Both the position numbers and the translations under genes were made by a program. The notes below the pieces were generated by a model, which searched no databases, was not told the origin of the DNA, and saw only the letters and a program-made list of their open reading frames with translations. Of a stretch of DNA of 32,000 nt, positions 10,366 through 18,717 are shown in pieces. The stretch spans positions 1,020,001-1,052,000 of the forward strand of contig NC_003450.3 of the NCBI RefSeq assembly GCF_000011325.1. Reading direction: 5' to 3'. This DNA is from Corynebacterium glutamicum ATCC 13032. GTDB lineage: Bacteria; Actinomycetota; Actinomycetes; Mycobacteriales; Mycobacteriaceae. Position 1 is the first letter of the stretch, and each line of letters begins with the position of its first letter.

Positions 10366-11871
10366 TTAAAGCGATAGTGATCCGTTGACCAAACCAATAA
10401 CGCCCGCGCTGGCAGCAACGACCAGGACAACAACCACGCCGATTTCAAAGCGGTTAAACACCTGTTCGCCACGATAAATCCTTGTCCACACATAGGGGAT
10501 TAAGCCGGGAAGCATCGCCATGGCTCCGAAGAGGACAAACTGCGGTTCTGCAGCGTAAAACAGCCACACTGAATACACCGTTGCTACTAAACCGACGATG
10601 AGGTGTTTGCGGTTTTCTCGGCGGGATATCTCTGGACCGGAATCATCAAAACGTGTGCCGGCATGTGGGTGGGTGATTCCTTTTCCACGTGTTGCCAGCA
10701 TGACCAGATAAAAGGCAGAGAACAGGTAAGGCACCAAGTATAGGTTGGTAGCCAATTGCACCATGGAGACGTAGGTGGTCTCGTTGAGGAAGAAAATGAT
10801 GATGAAAATCTGAATCACGATGGTGGAGATCAGCTGAGCCATCCAGGCAGCACCGCGGCTGTTGATGGCCCCGATTTTGCTTGGAATGAGGCCATCCATT
10901 GCCATCAACGCCAGTGGTTCTGCGCAGAGCATCTGCCAGGACACATAGGCCCCAAGAACCGAAAGACACAGACCCAACGAAATCAATGCGGCACCCCATG
11001 GACCAACAACAGCTTCGAGCACCGACGCCATGGAATTATCTGGTAACGCAGCGAGCTCTTGTTGGGTCAGTACACCGAAGCTCAGCGAAGAAATCGACAC
11101 CAGCAAAAGGAGAACAGCCACAAAACCAATCACGGTAGCTCGGCTGACATCACTGCGTGAGCGTGCCTGGCGGGAATATACCGATGCACCTTCGATACCG
11201 ATGAACACCCACACGGTGTACACCATGATGCCGCGCACCTGATCAAAAATGCTGCCCACGCCACCATCACGCGCCCATAAATCAACAGTGAACTTCTCCC
11301 AGCTAAAGCCCAAGAATGCAACAAGGATGATGAAGCACAACAGAGGCAGAATTTTGGCCACGGTGGTGACCGTTGTCAAGAAAGCAGCTTGGCTAATTCC
11401 TCGGGAAACAACTCCAAACACCAGCCAGGTCAAAGCGCTAACTGCCAACGCTGACACAAATGGATGATCTTGGGAAAACAGCGGTACGTAGTGGCCCAAC
11501 GTGGAGAAAAATAACGTTGCGTAGCCAACTTGGGCGATGACTGAACCCAGCCAATAACCCCAAGCGGAGGAGAAACCTACATAATCGCCCAATCCAACAC
11601 GCGCATATGCGTAGACGCCAGAATCGAGGTGAGGTTTACGGCGGGCAAGAACATGGAACACGAACGCTACGGACAACATGCCCACACCGGCGATCAGCCA
11701 GCCGATGAGCATCGCGCCGGGACCTGCGACTGAGCCGATGTTTTGAGGGATGGAGAAAATTCCCGCGCCGACGGTCGATCCGATGATCAGCGCGATGAGG
11801 GTTCTAATAGATACAGTACGACTTGTGGCCGCTGCACCTTGAGACCCCGCAGAATCTGATTGAGTATTCAC
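10366..11871 (-). CDS. lysI: APC-family basic amino acid permease (L-lysine permease LysI)
   Basis: 501-aa polytopic APC-type transporter with a GTG start. Length and position next to the esterase/aaPGS pair match my recollection of C. glutamicum lysI. Confidence 0.8.
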   Translation of the reverse strand: MNTQSDSAGSQGAAATSRTVSIRTLIALIIGSTVGAGIFSIPQNIGSVAGPGAMLIGWLIAGVGMLSVAFVFHVLARRKPHLDSGVYAYARVGLGDYVGFSSAWGYWLGSVIAQVGYATLFFSTLGHYVPLFSQDHPFVSALAVSALTWLVFGVVSRGISQAAFLTTVTTVAKILPLLCFIILVAFLGFSWEKFTVDLWARDGGVGSIFDQVRGIMVYTVWVFIGIEGASVYSRQARSRSDVSRATVIGFVAVLLLLVSISSLSFGVLTQQELAALPDNSMASVLEAVVGPWGAALISLGLCLSVLGAYVSWQMLCAEPLALMAMDGLIPSKIGAINSRGAAWMAQLISTIVIQIFIIIFFLNETTYVSMVQLATNLYLVPYLFSAFYLVMLATRGKGITHPHAGTRFDDSGPEISRRENRKHLIVGLVATVYSVWLFYAAEPQFVLFGAMAMLPGLIPYVWTRIYRGEQVFNRFEIGVVVVLVVAASAGVIGLVNGSLSL

Positions 11872-11971
11872 TCATTTAACGTAGTTGACGTACGGCGAAG
11901 TCGCTAAACTTCGCGTAATCTTGGGGCCAATTAATCAAGTGCAGATGAATTGTTTAGAAAGGCTGGAGACC

Positions 11972-12184
11972 ATGGGTATTTTTGACGAAGCTAAGAAGAA
12001 GGCAACCGAATTCCTCGACTCTGATTCAGGCGAGCAGAAGTCCGATGGACTGCTGGATAAGGCCGCAGACAAAGCTAAGGGTCTCCTCGGTGAAGACAAA
12101 GCGGATCAGATTAACAAGGTCCGTGACGCTGTCGATGAGCGCATTGGCAAAAACAACGGCGGCGAAGAGAATCCAGCCAACTAG
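11972..12184 (+). CDS. Small hydrophilic MT0933/Rv0909-like protein
   Basis: 70 aa (MGIFDEAKKKATEFLDS...DKAADKAKGLLGEDKADQINKVRDAVDERIG). ATG 11972 is preceded by GGAG. The track ORF from 11885 is probably over-extended. Confidence 0.6.
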   Translation: MGIFDEAKKKATEFLDSDSGEQKSDGLLDKAADKAKGLLGEDKADQINKVRDAVDERIGKNNGGEENPAN

Positions 12185-12195
12185 TATTAGGCGTC

Positions 12196-12783
12196 ATGCG
12201 CGTCGTAGTTGTTGATCCTAAACACCCCGTCCTTCCAGTCTCTTTCCTCGAGGCTGTTCTTGGGCGGGGTGAACCTGTTTCTATCGATCCCGATTTTCCA
12301 TTTGATATTGAAAAATGGGGGATCAAGACGTCGACAAGCGCCTCCTGGTTTATCATCGCAAAACCGCAAAGCACGCTGCTTATCGACGCGCCCCTCAACC
12401 CTTTGCATGAGGCCGTCGGCGTCATGCGGGCGGCCGTGGGCCGCGGCGAGTGGGAACGCACGCAAACCCATGAGAGTTTGATTCCGTATCTGGAAGAAGA
12501 ATCGCAGGAGTTTATTGAAGCGATTCATGGTGGCGATGATGAGCACATGAAAAGCGAACTGGGGGATGTTTTGCTGCAGGTGCTTTTTCATGCAGAAATC
12601 GCCGCCCGTCAGGGTCGATTCGACATTTTTGACGTGGCGGCGAGTTTCGTAGCCAAGATGCAATCTCGTTCGCCGTACCTGTTCGACGGCTCTACCGGAA
12701 TTGTGGACACCGACGAGCAGCAGCGGCTGTGGGCTCAAGGAAAAGCCCAAGAGAAACTAAGCAGTGAAGAAGGAAGAAGATAG
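12196..12783 (+). CDS. mazG: MazG-family nucleoside triphosphate pyrophosphohydrolase
   Basis: MazG core EEESQEFIEAI...ELGDVLLQVLFHAEIA. It lies in the mfd-mazG-lpqU-eno neighbourhood conserved in Corynebacteriales. Confidence 0.85.
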   Translation: MRVVVVDPKHPVLPVSFLEAVLGRGEPVSIDPDFPFDIEKWGIKTSTSASWFIIAKPQSTLLIDAPLNPLHEAVGVMRAAVGRGEWERTQTHESLIPYLEEESQEFIEAIHGGDDEHMKSELGDVLLQVLFHAEIAARQGRFDIFDVAASFVAKMQSRSPYLFDGSTGIVDTDEQQRLWAQGKAQEKLSSEEGRR

Positions 12784-13128
12784 GTTAGAGGACAGAAGCT
12801 GCAGCTGGGAGAGGAAGTCCTGTGGATCTTCCTTCACGATTCCGCAGGTCAGTGCGCGGTTAGCGATGCGCTCGGAGTAGCCGGTAGCCGCGATATTCAA
12901 TGGGAAGTCTAGTTGGCCGACAGCTGCGGAGTTGCGCAGATTAGCGGCGAGCTCTGAGCGAGTGGAGTTCTCGTGAGCCAGGCCGGTGGTGTAGATAGCG
13001 GTCTGAAGGATGCCGCAATCAAAGTTGTCGATGATTTGGTTGAAATCCTGTGCGGAAGCTGAGGGGGTAAGGCTCGCAGTCAGGGCAACGGTAGCGGCAG
13101 CGATGGTGGCGAAACGTAGTTTCTTCAT
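12757..13128 (-). CDS. porC: Small secreted channel-forming protein, PorB paralog (PorC)
   Basis: Signal peptide MKKLRFATIAAATVALTASLTPSASA, two Cys (DCGILQ, LTCGIVKED), C-terminus LSSNLSS. Paralogous to the ORF 137 bp upstream. AAGGA precedes ATG 13128. Confidence 0.8.
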   Translation of the reverse strand: MKKLRFATIAAATVALTASLTPSASAQDFNQIIDNFDCGILQTAIYTTGLAHENSTRSELAANLRNSAAVGQLDFPLNIAATGYSERIANRALTCGIVKEDPQDFLSQLQLLSSNLSSSFFTA

Positions 13129-13265
13129 GGGTTTCCTTAAGAGATCACTGAGATGGAAATGAAATAAATATGGCAAAAGCCACAACAGTCCAAAATCATA
13201 CGTTACTGAAGTGATTTATGTGACTGTTGTGACTTAAGTGATTTTTGGGGTTACCCCCGAACCTT

Positions 13266-13646
13266 TTAGGAAGAGAAGTTGGAGGACAGCTCAGAAAGGT
13301 AGGTGTCAGCCTTAACTAGGCCACAGGTTTGTGCGCGGTCGGCAAGTGCTGCTGCCTGATCTTCGTTCCAATCACCGATTTGTGGGAACTGAGTGGTCCA
13401 GAAGCCTTCACCCTTTGCGGCGATTGCTTCTGCGAGCTCGCGGTTGTACTGGCCTTCTTCAAGGACGCCAGCTGCTTTGAGGCCACCCTCAAGGATGCCG
13501 CAAGCAACCCAGTTGTACTGAGGGGACAGTTCTTTGTTGGTGGAGGATAGGTTTGCGAAGTCGGATGCGGAAGCAGGTGCTGCGAATGCTGCCACTGTGA
13601 TGCCTGCGGTTGCTGCCATTGCTGCGATGCGGTGTGAAAGCTTCAT
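13266..13646 (-). CDS. porB: Anion-selective cell-wall channel protein PorB
   Basis: 126 aa with signal peptide ...AAPASA, two Cys (VACGILEG, QTCGLVKAD), C-terminus ELSSNFSS. AAAGGAG SD. Matches my recollection of PorB (126-aa precursor). Confidence 0.85.
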   Translation of the reverse strand: MKLSHRIAAMAATAGITVAAFAAPASASDFANLSSTNKELSPQYNWVACGILEGGLKAAGVLEEGQYNRELAEAIAAKGEGFWTTQFPQIGDWNEDQAAALADRAQTCGLVKADTYLSELSSNFSS

Positions 13647-13953
13647 GATTTTTAGGGCTCCTTTTAAGGTTTAAGTCCTTGGGTAATATGAATAACTCAC
13701 CACACATTGTAAATTTGTGATGTAGATCATCAAAGCTTCTACCAGTGGATTTAATGAAGTTTCAGTCGTGGAAATCAGGTCTTGGCACGGTGTATGTGAA
13801 TGCTCTACTAATTGCATAGGAGGCTGATTTAGCGTGTCTTTTTGGGTCTTTTGGTTAGAAAGACACAGGATTTTTTACTTAAAGAGGCGTGAAGTAATCA
13901 GGTTTTTCTAGCCAATGCGAGAGTTCTAAAACGAGCCGGTAACATCGACCCCC

Positions 13954-14742
13954 ATGAGTTCAGGGGTTAGAAAAGCAATGGGATTTGGATGCGGTTCGGT
14001 TTTGGCCGTCATCATGGTGATCTCATTTGTTGGATGGGCGCTCAGCTTCATGGATGGAACGGCACCTATTCGCCAACTCCAGCAAATCCCTGAAGATGTT
14101 CCGCCGGCGCGTGGTGTAGAAGTTCCGCAAATTGATACAGAGGCAGATGGACGCACATCCAACCATTTGCGTTTTTGGGCGGAACCAATTGCTCAAGATA
14201 CTGGTGTGTCCGCTCAAGCGATTGCGGCTTATGGAAACGCAGAGCTCATCGCGAGTACTGCGTGGCCTGGCTGCAATCTGGGGTGGAATACCTTGGCAGG
14301 TATCGGCCAGGTGGAAACCCGTCACGGTACCTACAACGGCAAAATGTTCGGGGGCAGTTCCCTGGATGAAAATGGAGTTGCAACCCCTCCAATCATCGGC
14401 GTTCCACTTGATGGTTCACCGGGGTTTGCGGAAATTCCCGACACTGATGGTGGGGAATTAGATGGCGATACTGAATATGATCGCGCGGTAGGTCCCATGC
14501 AGTTCATTCCGGAAACGTGGCGACTTATGGGATTGGATGCAAACGGTGATGGGGTAGCGGACCCCAACCAAATTGATGACGCAGCATTGAGTGCCGCAAA
14601 CCTGTTGTGTTCCAACGATCGTGACTTGTCCACTCCTGAAGGATGGACCGCAGCTGTTCATTCTTACAACATGTCTAATCAGTATTTGATGGACGTTCGA
14701 GATGCTGCCGCGTCCTACGCTTTACGACAGCCGGCGATCTAA
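13954..14742 (+). CDS. Secreted/membrane-anchored lytic transglycosylase-like protein (LpqU/MltB-like)
   Basis: N-terminal TM/signal segment plus motifs GIGQVETRHG and GPMQFIPETWR...DGNGDGVADPNQIDDAALSAANLLC. Sits in the lpqU position upstream of eno. The start is uncertain: ATG 13954 has no clear SD, and ATG 13978 is an alternative. Confidence 0.8.
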   Translation: MSSGVRKAMGFGCGSVLAVIMVISFVGWALSFMDGTAPIRQLQQIPEDVPPARGVEVPQIDTEADGRTSNHLRFWAEPIAQDTGVSAQAIAAYGNAELIASTAWPGCNLGWNTLAGIGQVETRHGTYNGKMFGGSSLDENGVATPPIIGVPLDGSPGFAEIPDTDGGELDGDTEYDRAVGPMQFIPETWRLMGLDANGDGVADPNQIDDAALSAANLLCSNDRDLSTPEGWTAAVHSYNMSNQYLMDVRDAAASYALRQPAI

Positions 14743-14939
14743 AACTTAACAAGCGCAACCCCCGAAAATGTGAGATTATGTCTGATCGGACACGTGCGGG
14801 CTGGGGATATGGGTAGTTTTCGCCACTAATTTCAACTGATTGCCTCATCGAAACAAGATTCGTGCAACAATTGGGTGTAGACGTGATTGAAGACATTTGA
14901 TCACGTGAATAATTCTAGTTAGCTCCCAAGTTGGCATAG

Positions 14940-16226
<1,287 letters not shown>

Positions 16227-16241
16227 ATAAAAGCGCTTTTC

Positions 16242-16273
16242 GACGCCCGGTAACCTCAAGGTTGCCGGGCGTC
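16242..16273 (+). terminator. Hairpin downstream of eno
   Basis: GACGCCCGGTAACC-tcaa-GGTTGCCGGGCGTC, a stem of about 13 bp with one mismatch. There is no strong T-tract. Confidence 0.55.
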
Positions 16274-16315
16274 GTTGCCTTACTACTGTTACTGGTGTGA
16301 CTATGATCGAGGATT

Positions 16316-16858
16316 ATGGCAAAGCAGAAGAAAACTCATAAAGGCCTTGTTCCTGTCTCAAGCAGGGAACGTGCTTCAGAGTCAGTTTCTGCTACCCGCG
16401 CCCCATTTAGATTGGGTGCCGTCGGCATCGGTGCAATCGCACTCGTAGTTCTTCTCATCCTGTTTGTCATCGCGATTCCTGTGCGTAACTATTTTCAGCT
16501 GCGCTCCGACATCGCCCAAACAGAGGCTTCCATTGAAGCCAAAGAACAACAGATCAAACAACTGGAATCTGACCTCAACAGGTACCAATCAGAGGCGTAC
16601 ATCCGCGAACAAGCACGCCTGCGCCTAGGCGTCATTGAACCTGGAGAAACCGCGTTCAGAATCGTGGACCCAGCACTAGATACCGACACCTCAGTCACCT
16701 CTGACGGCAACGAAGAGAAACCACTGGGAGCTTGGTATGAAAACCTCTGGGACTCAGTCACCAAGCCAGAAGCACTCGGCGAAGAGGAAATTGCGCCTCC
16801 AGCAGTTGAGGGAGAAGTTCCAACACTTGCACCAACTGAGGAAGCAACTGTGCAATAG
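16316..16858 (+). CDS. Septum formation initiator family protein (FtsB/DivIC-like)
   Basis: One TM helix followed by a coiled-coil (IAQTEASIEAKEQQIKQLESDLNRYQ) and EAYIREQARLRLG. Occupies the Rv1024-like position after eno. Confidence 0.8.
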   Translation: MAKQKKTHKGLVPVSSRERASESVSATRAPFRLGAVGIGAIALVVLLILFVIAIPVRNYFQLRSDIAQTEASIEAKEQQIKQLESDLNRYQSEAYIREQARLRLGVIEPGETAFRIVDPALDTDTSVTSDGNEEKPLGAWYENLWDSVTKPEALGEEEIAPPAVEGEVPTLAPTEEATVQ

Positions 16859-16893
16859 CGCTTTAGACACAGACTCATGACAGAATAGAAGAC

Positions 16894-17448
16894 ATGAGTG
16901 TGAATGAAGCAGATCTGAACGCTGTCGAAGAGCAATTGGGAAGGGCCCCACGAGGTGTCCTCGATATTTCTTACCGCAGCCCTGATGGAGTACCCGGTGT
17001 GGTGATGACCGCACCAAAACTGGATGACGGAACCCCATTCCCAACCCTGTACTACTTGACAGATCCACGCCTGACCACCGAGGCATCCCGCCTCGAGGTC
17101 GCATTGGTAATGAAGTGGATGACTGATCGCCTTTCCACCGACGAAGAGCTTCGTGCCGACTACCAGCGCGCCCACGAGCACTTCCTGGCAAAGCGCAACG
17201 CAATTGAAGATCTCGGCACGGATTTCTCCGGCGGTGGCATGCCTGACCGAGTGAAGTGCCTCCACGTCCTCATCGCCTATGCACTGGCAGAAGGCCCAGA
17301 CCATTTCCGTCTCGGCACCGAAGCAGTAGCAATGGCTGCCGAACACGGCGACCTCCGCGGTACCGCCATCCCAGAGGACTGGCCAACAGTACAAGACCTG
17401 GGCATCAACATGGAGGACTTTGATTTCTCCCGAGCAGGTGGGGCTTAA
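16894..17448 (+). CDS. DUF501-family protein
   Basis: 184 aa in the Rv1025-like position. Motifs FPTLYYLTDP and VKCLHV are typical of DUF501. Confidence 0.8.
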   Translation: MSVNEADLNAVEEQLGRAPRGVLDISYRSPDGVPGVVMTAPKLDDGTPFPTLYYLTDPRLTTEASRLEVALVMKWMTDRLSTDEELRADYQRAHEHFLAKRNAIEDLGTDFSGGGMPDRVKCLHVLIAYALAEGPDHFRLGTEAVAMAAEHGDLRGTAIPEDWPTVQDLGINMEDFDFSRAGGA

Positions 17449-18413
17449 TGACCCGTTACGCGGCCATCGATTGCGGAACAAACTCCATCCGCCTCCTGAT
17501 CACTGAAGTCACTCCTGAGGGATTCAAAGAGATCACCCGTGAAAACACCATCGTTCGCCTGGGCAAAGGCGTCGACGCCACCGGTCAGCTAGACCCCGAG
17601 GCAATCGAGCGCACTCGTGTCGCTTTGGAAAACTACGTTGAACTCATGGAAACCCATGGGGTAGAGGCCGTACGAATGGTTGCCACCTCCGCAACCCGCG
17701 ATGCGTCCAACCGCGATGAATTCTTTTCGATGACCCGCCAGCTTCTGTCCAAGATCCGTCCTGGATACCAAGCTGAAGTAATTTCCGGCGAAGAGGAAGC
17801 TCTGCTGTCCTTCCGAGGTGCAATCGTTGACCTGCCTGAAGACCAAGGTCCTTTCTGTGTTATCGACCTTGGCGGTGGATCCACTGAGTTCATCGTTGGC
17901 ACCTACGACGGTGAAATCCTAGGCTCCCACTCAACCCAAATGGGATGCGTGCGCCTGACCGAACGAATCATGCGCAGCGACCCACCGACTGAAACCGAAG
18001 TGGAAATCGCCCGCGACTACGTTGCAGAACGCATCCAGGAAGTAAAAGCCATCGTCCCAATTTCAAAGGCAAAAACCTTTGTGGGATGCGCAGGCACCTT
18101 CACCACAATCTCCGCCTGGGTGCAAGGCCTAGAAAGCTACGACCGCGACGCGATCCACCTCTCTGCACTCAACTTCGATGCACTGCGAGTTGTCACCGAT
18201 GAGATCATTTCAGAATCATCATCACAGCGCGCCAGCAACCCAGTTGTTGATCCAGGTCGCGCCGACGTCATCGGTGGCGGATCCGTTGTTGTCCAAGCAG
18301 CGATCGACTTAGCCTCCAAAGAAGCCGGTGTAGACTACATCATTATTTCCGAAAAAGACATCCTCGACGGCCTCATCCTTGGCCTGGTAGAAGCCGACTC
18401 TTTGAAGAAATAG
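17448..18413 (+). CDS. ppx2: Ppx/GppA-family exopolyphosphatase
   Basis: Begins AAIDCGTNSIRLL, then DLGGGSTEF, both ASKHA-fold phosphatase motifs. Its start overlaps the DUF501 stop (TAATG). Confidence 0.9.
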   Translation: MTRYAAIDCGTNSIRLLITEVTPEGFKEITRENTIVRLGKGVDATGQLDPEAIERTRVALENYVELMETHGVEAVRMVATSATRDASNRDEFFSMTRQLLSKIRPGYQAEVISGEEEALLSFRGAIVDLPEDQGPFCVIDLGGGSTEFIVGTYDGEILGSHSTQMGCVRLTERIMRSDPPTETEVEIARDYVAERIQEVKAIVPISKAKTFVGCAGTFTTISAWVQGLESYDRDAIHLSALNFDALRVVTDEIISESSSQRASNPVVDPGRADVIGGGSVVVQAAIDLASKEAGVDYIIISEKDILDGLILGLVEADSLKK

Positions 18414-18476
18414 GACCCTAGTTTTAAACCACTGGGTCATCATGTTCTATGATGTGTAAGCACCAAGTAAATGGCA

Positions 18477-18505
18477 TTGGAAGCATACATATGTATCCTG
18501 ACAAT
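18477..18505 (+). promoter_or_regulatory. Candidate promoter of the tRNA gene
   Basis: TTGGAA (18477-18482), 17-nt spacer, GACAAT (18500-18505), ending 7 nt before the mature tRNA 5' end. The spacer contains the perfect palindrome ATACATATGTAT (18485-18496). Confidence 0.35.
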
Positions 18506-18512
18506 GCTGCTT

Positions 18513-18589
18513 GCCCCCATAGCCCAATCGGCAGAGGCGGTTGACTTAAAATCAATACAGTGTGGGTTCGAGTCCCACTGGGGGCACCA
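18513..18589 (+). tRNA. tRNA, anticodon UAA (Leu by anticodon), with a class-I short variable loop
   Basis: Hand-folded cloverleaf. Acceptor GCCCCCA/TGGGGGC. D arm GCCC-AATCGGCAG-AGGC. Anticodon arm GTTGA-CTTAAAA-TCAAT. Variable loop ACAGT. T arm GTGGG-TTCGAGT-CCCAC. Discriminator A73, encoded CCA. Confidence 0.85.
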
Positions 18590-18624
18590 TAACCAGCGGA
18601 AACGCTAAAAATATGGAGCTGTCT

Positions 18625-18640
18625 TAGACTTAAGTGTCTA
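18625..18640. promoter_or_regulatory. TAGAC-N6-GTCTA palindrome (McbR-operator-type motif), orphan location
   Basis: Exact TAGAC TTAAGT GTCTA, lying between the tRNA 3' end and the tdcB terminator. Confidence 0.35.
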
Positions 18641-18649
18641 GAGAGTGTC

Positions 18650-18692
18650 CAAAAAAGAAATCTCCACGGCGAAGATAGCTGTGGAGATTCTT
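18650..18692 (-). terminator. Rho-independent terminator of tdcB
   Basis: On the minus strand: GAATCTCCAC...GTGGAGATTTC hairpin (8-bp perfect core ATCTCCAC/GTGGAGAT) followed by TTTTTT. Confidence 0.7.
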
Positions 18693-18717
18693 CGTCGTGT
18701 GATCGTTTGAAATCACA

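Noticed and set aside
11872-11971. Lysine riboswitch (L-box) upstream of lysI.
   Set aside because: Only about 100 bp separate lysI from the divergent small ORF. That is too short for an L-box, and none of its conserved helices can be recognised.
13647-13953. Possible c-di-AMP (ydaO-type) riboswitch upstream of a cell-wall hydrolase gene, as occurs upstream of rpfA in other actinobacteria.
   Set aside because: The region is A/T-rich and lacks the conserved ACGGGG / GGGGA / CCGAAUCC-type segments and the pseudo-two-fold architecture.
14840-14856. LexA SOS-box-like TCGAAACAAGATTCGT upstream of eno.
   Set aside because: It has four mismatches to TCGAA(A/C)ANNTGTTCGA, including the conserved TGT core, and eno has no known SOS link.
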